Assembly: GCA_002363545.1 (NCBI GenBank)
Contig: DEWF01000001.1
Coordinates: 240,272-304,271, forward strand
DNA length: 64,000 nt
Reading direction: 5' to 3'
Origin: Christensenella sp. UBA3217
Lineage (GTDB): Bacteria > Bacillota > Clostridia > Christensenellales > CAG-1252
The translations under genes were made by a program, and so were the position numbers. The notes beneath the pieces are model-generated. The model worked only from the letters and a program-made list of their open reading frames with translations, was not told the DNA's origin and did no database searches. This document shows, piece by piece, positions 39,274 through 47,528 of this stretch. How positions within the stretch are numbered: position 1 is the stretch's first letter; the number at the start of each line of letters is the position of its first letter.

Positions 39274-41022
39274 ATGTATCAGTCACTATATAGAAAATAC
39301 AGACCCGATACCTTCGAAAAAGTTATCGGACAAGATCATATCACCAAAACACTGGTAAATCAGATCAAAAGCGGGAACATTGCCCATGCTTATTTGTTGA
39401 CCGGTACAAGAGGAACGGGCAAAACTTCCGTGGCAAGGATCTTTGCACGTGCGATCAACTGTCTTTCTCCCCAAAACGGTTCTCCCTGCGGAGAATGTGA
39501 TTGCTGCAAAAAGTTGCTTGCCGGAACCAGCCTGGATATCGTTGAGATAGACGCCGCCAGCAACAATTCGGTTGATGATGCCCGTGCCATACGTGACAAC
39601 GTAAGATACGCCCCTGTGGATTGTAAATACAAAGTTTATATTATTGACGAAGTGCACCAACTTTCCGGCGCTGCTTTTAATGCGTTACTGAAAACTTTGG
39701 AAGAACCGCCTGCACACGCCGTGTTTATTTTGGCAACCACCGAAGTACAAAAGATCCCCGCAACCATCATGAGCCGCTGTTTGAGACTTGATTTCCACTT
39801 GGTCCCGCAGGAAGTGTTGGAAAAACACGTGGCGTGGATCTTTGATCAAGAGGGTGTCAAATACACCAAAGAGGGCGTAAGCGCCATAGCGCAAGCAGGG
39901 GAAGGAAGTGTGAGAGATACCCTTTCCGTGGCGGATATGTGCGTTTCCTTTTCCGATACCGTTTCTTATGAGAGCGTTCTTGGCGTACTTGGCGCGAATG
40001 ACCCCGCCATGATAGCAAACATTGCGTTTGCAACACTTTCCGGCGATATCAAAGGAGCAATAGACCTTATCGAATCATCCGCATCACTCGGAAAGAGCGT
40101 TCAGCTTCTCACCAAAGATCTCACAAAATATTTCCGTGATCTTATTATAATCAAACACGATGCCGAAGCGAACGCTATTTTAAAACTGCCTGACCGACTG
40201 TTTGCGGTGGCAAACGAGATGGCGCAAAAGTTTAACGCCGTTACGTTGATGCGTGCTTTGGATATTTTCTCGGGGGTAGAAGCTAAATCCAGGTTCAGCA
40301 ATCAACCCAAGATCCTTTTGGAAACCGCCATCATTAAAACGGCAACGCTTTCCGGTGAAGATATTGGGGATTTGATTGCCAAAGTAACCGCTTTGGAAGG
40401 CAAATTGAAGGATCTGGATGCAATGCCGCAACAAAAACCCGATTACAGCGCTATCAAAAATATGCTTACTCCTTCCCAAGCTCCCGTAGCGGCGACTGCT
40501 ATCACTTCCGCGTCAACCCTAAAGGAAGAAACCAAACCAACCGAGACGGAAGTACCCACGAGCGATCTTCCTTTTGATTTACAAGACGCCACAGCAACCG
40601 AAGCGCTTCCTTTCGATACTGCGCAAGAAACACCTGCGGCACCCGAAAGCATTGAAGACGTGTCCGAATTTTTGCCGAGTGCTGTAAAAAACCAAATGAC
40701 AAAACTGCGCGGAAGGGTCTTAAACAAGTTCCGTGCCGGCGCGCTCAACATGCTTTATATTGCATTTTTGGATGCAAAAAGCACGATTTTTAAGATTCAA
40801 AACGGTAAAATTATCATTGCATTCAAAAATGAGATGAATTACAACTACTGCAATACGCCCACCATCTTGGAAACCATTAAAAGGGTTTTCTCCGAAGAGA
40901 TTGGCGAACAGGTAGAGGTATCCATCATATACTTTAACGATAATGCGCCCAACGCGCTTTCCACTCAGGATATCATAAAACTCTTTTCCGGAGCGGAGTC
41001 TATCGACATTAAAAGGAGGTAA
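39274..41022 (+). CDS. dnaX: DNA polymerase III subunits gamma/tau
   Basis: MYQSLYRKYRP, GTRGTGKTS, Zn cysteines, IDEVHQLS, SRC. Confidence 0.96.
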   Translation: MYQSLYRKYRPDTFEKVIGQDHITKTLVNQIKSGNIAHAYLLTGTRGTGKTSVARIFARAINCLSPQNGSPCGECDCCKKLLAGTSLDIVEIDAASNNSVDDARAIRDNVRYAPVDCKYKVYIIDEVHQLSGAAFNALLKTLEEPPAHAVFILATTEVQKIPATIMSRCLRLDFHLVPQEVLEKHVAWIFDQEGVKYTKEGVSAIAQAGEGSVRDTLSVADMCVSFSDTVSYESVLGVLGANDPAMIANIAFATLSGDIKGAIDLIESSASLGKSVQLLTKDLTKYFRDLIIIKHDAEANAILKLPDRLFAVANEMAQKFNAVTLMRALDIFSGVEAKSRFSNQPKILLETAIIKTATLSGEDIGDLIAKVTALEGKLKDLDAMPQQKPDYSAIKNMLTPSQAPVAATAITSASTLKEETKPTETEVPTSDLPFDLQDATATEALPFDTAQETPAAPESIEDVSEFLPSAVKNQMTKLRGRVLNKFRAGALNMLYIAFLDAKSTIFKIQNGKIIIAFKNEMNYNYCNTPTILETIKRVFSEEIGEQVEVSIIYFNDNAPNALSTQDIIKLFSGAESIDIKRR

Positions 41023-41025
41023 ACT

Positions 41026-41358
41026 ATGGCTAAATTCAACGGTTTCGGCGGCGGAGGTAATATGGCGCAACTGATGCGTCAAGCACAAAAAATGCAGCAA
41101 GATATGCTCGCCAAGCAAGAAGAACTGAAAAACACCGAATTTACCGCACAAGCAGGCGGCGGAATGGTGGAAGTGACCTTAACGGGGGAGAAAAAGATCG
41201 TTTCCCTTAAAATCAAACCCGAAGCGGTGGATCCCGAAGACGTGGAAATGTTGGAAGATCTTATCGTTGCCGCGTTGCAAGAGGGCTTTAATTTGATCGA
41301 TCAAGAAACGGCAGAAGCAATGGGCCCCTATGCGGGAATGCTCGGAGGCTTAAACTAA
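41026..41358 (+). CDS. ebfC: YbaB/EbfC nucleoid-associated protein
   Basis: LMRQAQKMQ, AGGGMVEV, DVEMLEDLIVAA. Confidence 0.93.
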   Translation: MAKFNGFGGGGNMAQLMRQAQKMQQDMLAKQEELKNTEFTAQAGGGMVEVTLTGEKKIVSLKIKPEAVDPEDVEMLEDLIVAALQEGFNLIDQETAEAMGPYAGMLGGLN

Positions 41359-41359
41359 C

Positions 41360-41950
41360 ATGGAATATATAGAGCCGATATCCAGGCTCATTGCCGAATT
41401 CACAAAATTGCCCGGCGTTGGTAAAAAAACCGCCGCAAGGTACGCTTTTTCCGTTATCAATATGCCAATGGAATCGGCGGAAAACTTTTGCGATGCCATC
41501 ATGAAGATCAAAGAATGCGTGAAACTATGTAAGGTTTGCGGCAATTATACCGATCAAGAGGTGTGCGAGATATGCAAAACCCGCGATAAGAGCGTCATTT
41601 GCGTTGTGAAAGAGCCAAAAGACGTGATCGCACTTGAAAAAACCAAGTCATACGGTGGAGTATATCACGTTTTACACGGTCATTTGAGTCCGCTGGAAGG
41701 CATTGGCGTATCCGATATCCATATCAAAGAACTGTTGGAACGCATTGCACAGGGCGGTGTAAAAGAAGTCATCATCGCAACCGGAACCGACCAAGCGGGT
41801 GAAGCAACAGCGCTGTACATTGCCATGCTTGTGAAACCGCTTGGCGTGAAAGCAACCAGGATCGCAAGGGGTCTTCCTTCGGGAAGCAACTTGGAATATA
41901 CCGATGAAGCAACCCTTTCACGTGCGTTAACAGATAGAAAAGAGATATAA
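41360..41950 (+). CDS. recR: Recombination protein RecR
   Basis: LPGVGKKTA, C4 zinc finger, YHVLHG.LSPLEG, TRIARGLP.G. Confidence 0.96.
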   Translation: MEYIEPISRLIAEFTKLPGVGKKTAARYAFSVINMPMESAENFCDAIMKIKECVKLCKVCGNYTDQEVCEICKTRDKSVICVVKEPKDVIALEKTKSYGGVYHVLHGHLSPLEGIGVSDIHIKELLERIAQGGVKEVIIATGTDQAGEATALYIAMLVKPLGVKATRIARGLPSGSNLEYTDEATLSRALTDRKEI

Positions 41951-41969
41951 ACTTGCTTTAAGAACTATT

Positions 41970-42004
41970 AAAAAAGCCCCCGATTCTCGAGGGCTTTTTA
42001 TTTT
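41970..42004. terminator. Bidirectional intrinsic terminator
   Basis: AAAAAAGCCC...GGGCTTTTT between convergent genes. Confidence 0.8.
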
Positions 42005-42010
42005 AAGCAA

Positions 42011-43339
42011 TCACTTTAAATGATAGCGTTTTGTGTTGTACAAAACAGCGTAAATCAGAGTATAAACAGGCAGATCCACAAAAAGCAAGAAGGGGTAGAG
42101 AAGGGGACGAACCATCGTTTTGGGGCTGCCAAGATCCGCTTTAAAGAGGAAGAAGGCAAATAGCATAGACACAATCACAAGATTGATGGTTAGCATGATC
42201 ATGCCGGACAAAGCCGTTTTAAGATCAAATTCCGCTCGTACGCGTTTATCGGGTTTGATCAAGTACATAATCACACCGAAAATGGGAAAAACGAGTAGAA
42301 TACAGCCTGTGACGATATAAAACACAAAACCAAGGTTTGCATAACGGTCAAAAGCAAAGCCTGCCACCAACAACTCCACCAGCATAAAGAGATACAACAG
42401 TAAGAAACTATCCCTCTTCAAACGAGAAGAGAAAATAAAGTTCATAGAATAATAGGAAGTGGAAGCCGCTTTGGAATAGGGATGCAAACGATATCCCTCA
42501 GCCTGGGCGCGTTCTTTTAATTCTCCATAATTAAAGGCGCTGTGATTTGCCTCTTCTTTGGGGGCTTCTTCTTGTTGAACCGAGATAGAAGGGGGAACGG
42601 GGGTATTAAAAAGATCGTTAAGCGGGGTGAGATAATCGTCGTTTTGCGATAATTTTTCCTGCAAAAAATCTTGCAAAATGCCTTCTTGAGCAGGTTCCTC
42701 CGCTTGAGCAGCCACATAGGACTCCAAATCGATCTGTGTGCCTTCCACGTGCGTGCCGAAAATAGCGTTTTGAATGGGTTTAACAGGCTCCATATCGGGT
42801 TCAGGTGTGCCATCGTCCTCTAAAACGGGAGATTCTGAAACAGCAAGAGGTTCGTTTGGTGTTTCCGCATCCCGATCCTGCGTTTCCTCAGCAGAATCAA
42901 CAGAAACTTCCTCCTGCGCGGCATTTGCCACGCCAACACCACGTTTGGTGCGAGGTCTGAGCTCGCTGGGATCAAAGGGGCGGGGGGCATTTGTCAAATC
43001 GAATTCCTTATCGGAAAGAAGCCTATTCAAAAGGGTGCGGGAAAACTCCCATTGCTTGATATCGTCTTCCACAAAAGTGCGGCCTTTATCGGTGATGGAA
43101 TAGTATTTGCGTTGTGCGCCGTTGGAAGTTTCACCATCATAGGAATTGATAAACCCTTGCTTTTCCAAACGTTTCAAACAACTGTATAAAGTTGGTTGTT
43201 TGATCTCGTAAACACCATCTGTTGCAGAAGAAATGGCTTTATGAATATCATAGCCATAACTGTCACCGGCAGCTAAAAACCTTAAAATGAAGGAATCTAC
43301 GTGATCCCGAATCAAATCCGTGTTTACGTTGTTTTCCAA
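42011..43339 (-). CDS. PadR-family winged-helix protein with an acidic linker and ~4 C-terminal TM helices
   Basis: SYGYDI...IKQPTLYSCLKRLEKQGFI...RKYYSIT..G; acidic, Pro-rich middle; hydrophobic C-terminus; AGGAG RBS, TTG start. Confidence 0.8.
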   Translation of the reverse strand: MENNVNTDLIRDHVDSFILRFLAAGDSYGYDIHKAISSATDGVYEIKQPTLYSCLKRLEKQGFINSYDGETSNGAQRKYYSITDKGRTFVEDDIKQWEFSRTLLNRLLSDKEFDLTNAPRPFDPSELRPRTKRGVGVANAAQEEVSVDSAEETQDRDAETPNEPLAVSESPVLEDDGTPEPDMEPVKPIQNAIFGTHVEGTQIDLESYVAAQAEEPAQEGILQDFLQEKLSQNDDYLTPLNDLFNTPVPPSISVQQEEAPKEEANHSAFNYGELKERAQAEGYRLHPYSKAASTSYYSMNFIFSSRLKRDSFLLLYLFMLVELLVAGFAFDRYANLGFVFYIVTGCILLVFPIFGVIMYLIKPDKRVRAEFDLKTALSGMIMLTINLVIVSMLFAFFLFKADLGSPKTMVRPLLYPFLLFVDLPVYTLIYAVLYNTKRYHLK

Positions 43340-43459
43340 AAGGGTTCTCCTATATGTTAATATTTTACTTTTTTATAATAATCTTTGTCAAGGCGTATCG
43401 GAGATTATTTCGCAAAGTGGGGGAGTATCGCTCTTCGACAATATTTTTATCCTCCATTA

Positions 43460-43493
43460 AACTATTCGCAAAACACAACTTTTGCGAATAGTT
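43460..43493. other. Perfect 14-6-14 palindrome; candidate dif/Xer recombination site
   Basis: AACTATTCGCAAAA-CACAAC-TTTTGCGAATAGTT, ~155 bp upstream of a tyrosine recombinase gene. Confidence 0.6.
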
Positions 43494-43613
43494 AGCACAA
43501 GAAATAAGTCGATTTACTTTAAAAATGTATTTAAATTAAAACAATCACTCGAAAATTGCATTTTAAACAAACAAGCAGATTTATTGTTAATCGATACGCT
43601 TTTGGGATTTATC

Positions 43614-43642
43614 TTTACAGGAATTGCGAATCATGATAAACT
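43614..43642 (+). promoter_or_regulatory. SigA promoter, leaderless xer
   Basis: TTTACA-N17-(TG)TAAACT-N6-ATG; the spacer contains TTGCGAAT, the palindrome half-site core. Confidence 0.55.
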
Positions 43643-43648
43643 ATATAT

Positions 43649-44719
43649 ATGGATGAAACTTATTTTGACAATCGCAATAAAGACGTAATCTTAAAGATAC
43701 GTGAATTAAGGAGCGAATTACCTTCTTTTTGCAATGAATTCTTTATTGGTGTGGAAAGTCGCACAACTCCTTTAACACGTTTGGCTTATGCGTATGACCT
43801 TCGCATCTTTTTTGATTATATCCTTTCATACGTCAGAGAGTTTCGGTCTTATACTTTAGATACCTTTGGACTTGCCGAGCTTGACAAGATCAATCAAACG
43901 CACATCGAATCCTTTTTGGAATATTTAAGTTTTTATCGTTTTAATGATAAAGAATATAAAAACGATGAACGTGCAAAAGCACGTAAACTATCAACTTTAC
44001 GCTCGTTTTTTAAGTATTACTTCAATAAAGGCAAATTGACCAGCAACATGGCAAGTAAAGTGCCAACACCCAAGATACACGATAAAGAGATCGTTCGCTT
44101 GGAAGGTGCCGAGGTCAGCTCACTTTTGAATACGGTGGAAAACGGTCAAAAACTAACCGATCGCCAACAAGCCTATCATAAAAAAGTAGGTTTGCGTGAT
44201 CTTGCCATCGTCACGCTGCTTTTAGGGACCGGTATTCGTATTTCCGAATGCGTTGGGCTTGATATTGATGATCTTGACTTTAAAAACAACTCGTTTACCG
44301 TCACAAGAAAAGGCGGAAATAGAAAAATCCTGTACTTCCCCGAAGAAGTTTCAGACGCTTTACGCAAGTACTTGGAAGAAGACCGCCTTCTTTCCGATGC
44401 CGAAACCGATGCCCTGTTCCTATCCATGCAAAAAAAGCGTATTACCGTGCGCGCCGTGGAAAACCTTGTTAAAAAATACAGCAAGTTGACTACGCCGCTT
44501 AAAAAGATCACACCGCACAAACTTCGCAGCACATACGGTACCAACCTTTACTATCGCACCAATGACATTTTTGTTGTTGCGGAAGCACTTGGGCACCGCG
44601 ACGTTAATACTACCAAAAAACATTATGCCGCCATGAGTGAAGAAATCTTACGTAACGCCGCCGAGATCACCGTTTTGCGCGAAAACGCCGATAAAGATCC
44701 GGATAATCATTCCAATTGA
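43649..44719 (+). CDS. Xer-family tyrosine recombinase
   Basis: Complete catalytic set: GIRISE (R), RKGG (K), HKLR (HxxR), LGH, KHY (Y); 356 aa. Confidence 0.92.
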   Translation: MDETYFDNRNKDVILKIRELRSELPSFCNEFFIGVESRTTPLTRLAYAYDLRIFFDYILSYVREFRSYTLDTFGLAELDKINQTHIESFLEYLSFYRFNDKEYKNDERAKARKLSTLRSFFKYYFNKGKLTSNMASKVPTPKIHDKEIVRLEGAEVSSLLNTVENGQKLTDRQQAYHKKVGLRDLAIVTLLLGTGIRISECVGLDIDDLDFKNNSFTVTRKGGNRKILYFPEEVSDALRKYLEEDRLLSDAETDALFLSMQKKRITVRAVENLVKKYSKLTTPLKKITPHKLRSTYGTNLYYRTNDIFVVAEALGHRDVNTTKKHYAAMSEEILRNAAEITVLRENADKDPDNHSN

Positions 44720-44742
44720 TCATTCTTTCTTTATTTTTTTAT

Positions 44743-44776
44743 AAACATTTGTTCATTTTTATGCGAACAGATGTTT
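44743..44776. promoter_or_regulatory. Two Gram-positive SOS boxes upstream of lexA
   Basis: AAAC-ATTT-GTTC (44743-44754) and GAAC-AGAT-GTTT (44765-44776); the second overlaps the -35 of TTTACA-N17-TATACT. Confidence 0.75.
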
Positions 44777-44808
44777 ACATTTTATTTTGGTTATGTTATA
44801 CTATGGGC

Positions 44809-45405
44809 ATGAAAACTTCTACAAACGTTAAAATTAAAGATCTCTACGATTATATTCGTTCCTTTCAGCAAGAAAACGGTTTTCCGCCCACCGTTCGTGA
44901 AATTCAAAGCCGTTTTTCCATTAAATCCACGGCTTCTGTGGCGTATTACTTAAAACAATTGGAAGCAGAAAACTTAATACGCCGCTCCAAGCAAAAAAAA
45001 CGTTGCATTGAAGTGGTTGGTGAATCCAAGGTCAATCAAGTACCTTTACTTGGCGAAATTGCCGCAGGCGCACCTATTCTTGCCGTGGAAAACATTGATT
45101 CTTACTTTCCCCTACCCGAAGGCTTTTTCGGCGCAGGAAGTGAACTTTTTATGCTGCAAGTACGCGGCAACAGCATGATCGAGATTGGCATTAATAATGG
45201 GGATTATGTGATCATTCGCAAACAATCCACCGCAGATAACGGTGAAATTGCCGCCGTTTTAATAGATAACGACGTTACCTTAAAGAGGTTTTTCAAAGAA
45301 AAAGACCATTACAGACTGCACCCCGAAAACCGCGATATGGAAGATATCATCACAAAAAATGCGGAAATTTTGGGCATTTTGGTTGGCATGATGCGCCGCT
45401 ACTGA
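44809..45405 (+). CDS. lexA: SOS repressor LexA
   Basis: PPTVREI HTH, IAAG cleavage site, GNSM (Ser), TLKRF (Lys); start at ATG 44809. Confidence 0.95.
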   Translation: MKTSTNVKIKDLYDYIRSFQQENGFPPTVREIQSRFSIKSTASVAYYLKQLEAENLIRRSKQKKRCIEVVGESKVNQVPLLGEIAAGAPILAVENIDSYFPLPEGFFGAGSELFMLQVRGNSMIEIGINNGDYVIIRKQSTADNGEIAAVLIDNDVTLKRFFKEKDHYRLHPENRDMEDIITKNAEILGILVGMMRRY

Positions 45406-46632
45406 TCAAGCAAATTCTTCAATACACCTTAATACAGCAAGTTTGATATGCTCGTACGTTAAGCCCCCTTGCACATATGCAATGTAAGGGGGTTTTATTG
45501 GCGCATCCGCCGTCAGTTCCAAGGATGCACCGCCCACGAACGTGCCTGCCGCCATGATCACCTGCTCGTTATAACCGGGCATATCCCAAGGCTCGGGCGT
45601 TACGTATGCATCGATGGGAGAAACCGATTGGATGATCCTGCAAAACTCAATTAACTTTTTCTCGTCTTCAAAAACGATGGATCGAATGATATCCCCGCAT
45701 CTTTTACCGCATGCGGGAATGGTGCGATAACCCATTTTAGAAAAAGCCGCTCCGAAAAGAATGGAGCCTTTTAAAGCGCATGCCACCACGTGAGGCGCAA
45801 AGAAAAGACCTTGGAAGAAGGATTGATAACCCGGTTGATAGGAGCCGATCTCTGTGCCGAGGGAAGGTGCGGTCAAGCTGAACGCCACCTGCCGGACCAA
45901 ATCTCTGCGTCCTGCGGCATATCCTCCCGAAGGTGCAAGACCTCCGCCAATATTTTTGGTAAAGGAGCCCACGATCATATCCGCGCCTGCGGCGGTCGGT
46001 TCTTCCTTTTCTACAAATTCTCCATAACAATTATCCACAAAAACGATCGCTTTGGAATGTGCTTTAATAAAAGAAATGGCTTCTCGTAGTTGCTCTATGG
46101 AAAAAGCGTCACGATCACTGTACCCTCTCGACCGCGTTAAAAACACCATTTTGGGAGCATGCTCCAATGCGGCAAGAATAGCGTCATAATCGAAAGAGCC
46201 GTCCTTATTCAGGTCCACTTGTTCGTACTTTACACCATAATCCGCGAGGGAGCCGATCCCTTTTTTCGTAATAACGCTCATCAGTGTATCATACGGCGCT
46301 CCCGTGACGGAAAGAAGGATATCACCCGGACGAAGCAACCCGTAAAGCGACACCTTCAATGCGTGCGTGCCGCTTGCAAAATAAGGAGAGGCAATGGCGT
46401 CCTCAGCACCAAGCGTTTTAGCAAATACGGCATTTAAGGTTTCTCTTCCGATATCACCATACCCATATCCCGTAGTCCCTTTCAAGTGACGCTCTGCCAC
46501 ATGAAACTCACGAAATGCCGCAAGCACTTTTTCCGTATTATAAAGCGCCGTTTCCTCTATCTCGGCAAAGAGGGCTTTGTTCTCTTCCTCACAGCTTTTT
46601 AAGATGCGTTCCGCTTCTTCTCTTGTTTTCAT
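45406..46632 (-). CDS. Methionine gamma-lyase-like / aluminium resistance family protein (YnbB-like)
   Basis: TTGYGYGDIGR, SGTHAL, VDNCYGEF, GSFTKNIGGG, AAGTFVGGASLEL. Confidence 0.9.
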   Translation of the reverse strand: MKTREEAERILKSCEEENKALFAEIEETALYNTEKVLAAFREFHVAERHLKGTTGYGYGDIGRETLNAVFAKTLGAEDAIASPYFASGTHALKVSLYGLLRPGDILLSVTGAPYDTLMSVITKKGIGSLADYGVKYEQVDLNKDGSFDYDAILAALEHAPKMVFLTRSRGYSDRDAFSIEQLREAISFIKAHSKAIVFVDNCYGEFVEKEEPTAAGADMIVGSFTKNIGGGLAPSGGYAAGRRDLVRQVAFSLTAPSLGTEIGSYQPGYQSFFQGLFFAPHVVACALKGSILFGAAFSKMGYRTIPACGKRCGDIIRSIVFEDEKKLIEFCRIIQSVSPIDAYVTPEPWDMPGYNEQVIMAAGTFVGGASLELTADAPIKPPYIAYVQGGLTYEHIKLAVLRCIEEFA

Positions 46633-47528
46633 TTTTGCTCCTCAAAAGTCTTTTTTATTCTTTCTGCCAATTCTTCCACTTTGTGCCCTATCATCGGTAC
46701 TTTTACCGCATCGGGATATTGCTTAAACCAAGTGATCTGTCGTTTTGCATAGTTTCGCGTATTCTTTTTGATAAGCGCCACCACTTCACTTTCACCGATC
46801 TCACCTTCAAGCGCCCATTCTTTATACGCAATTGCCTGCATGCATTGTTTATCAAACCCGATCTTGGGCAAAAGATCGTATACCTCTTTTTTGAGGCCTT
46901 TCTCCATCATTTTATCCACACGTTTTTCGATGCGGTCGTACAAAACGTCTCGCGGCATATCGGTCAAGAACATTTTATAAGGGTATTTGGGAGAGGTAAG
47001 ATCTTGTTCTTTTTTCCCGCCCGTTAACGCCTTTTCAATGGCGCGGATCACACGCTTTTCATCATTTACGTGCAATCTTGCCGCCGCTTCTTGATCCAAG
47101 GAGGCAAGTTTCTGGTGCATATAGTTTTTTCCTTTTTCCTCTTTTTCGCGAAGAAGAGCTTCACGCAACCCCGGATCGTAGTTCCCCGAAAAGGAAAGAT
47201 CGTATATCACCGAAGAGATATAAAGGCCGGTACCGCCGCAAAAAATGGGCAATTTACCGCGCGAAAGGATATCTTGCATAGCCTCAACTGCCAGCTTTTT
47301 ATAATCTGCCGCCGTAAAAGTGTCCGTAGGATCCGCAACGTCTATCAAATGATGTAAAACACCCTGCATCTCCTCTTTGGTGATCTTTGCGGTGCCGATA
47401 TTCAGTCCGCGATAGATCTGCATGGAATCAGCGGAGATCACCTCTCCATTCATGATCTTTGCGCATGCCACGGCAAGATCGGATTTTCCGGTGCCCGTTG
47501 CACCGGCGATGATCAATAACGGTCTCAT
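46629..47528 (-). CDS. miaA: tRNA dimethylallyltransferase
   Basis: GATGTGKS, ISADSMQIY, GGTGLY, TRNYAKRQ.TWF; start moved to 47528. Confidence 0.96.
   Translation of the reverse strand: MRPLLIIAGATGTGKSDLAVACAKIMNGEVISADSMQIYRGLNIGTAKITKEEMQGVLHHLIDVADPTDTFTAADYKKLAVEAMQDILSRGKLPIFCGGTGLYISSVIYDLSFSGNYDPGLREALLREKEEKGKNYMHQKLASLDQEAAARLHVNDEKRVIRAIEKALTGGKKEQDLTSPKYPYKMFLTDMPRDVLYDRIEKRVDKMMEKGLKKEVYDLLPKIGFDKQCMQAIAYKEWALEGEIGESEVVALIKKNTRNYAKRQITWFKQYPDAVKVPMIGHKVEELAERIKKTFEEQK

Noticed and set aside
43460-43493. The palindrome as a transcription terminator
   Set aside because: It lies between divergent genes, upstream of both predicted promoters, and has no flanking U-tract.
43649-44719. 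The recombinase as a prophage or ICE integrase
   Set aside because: No cargo genes, att repeats or adjacent tRNA; the neighbours are core genes, and a recombinase beside lexA is common in Clostridia.
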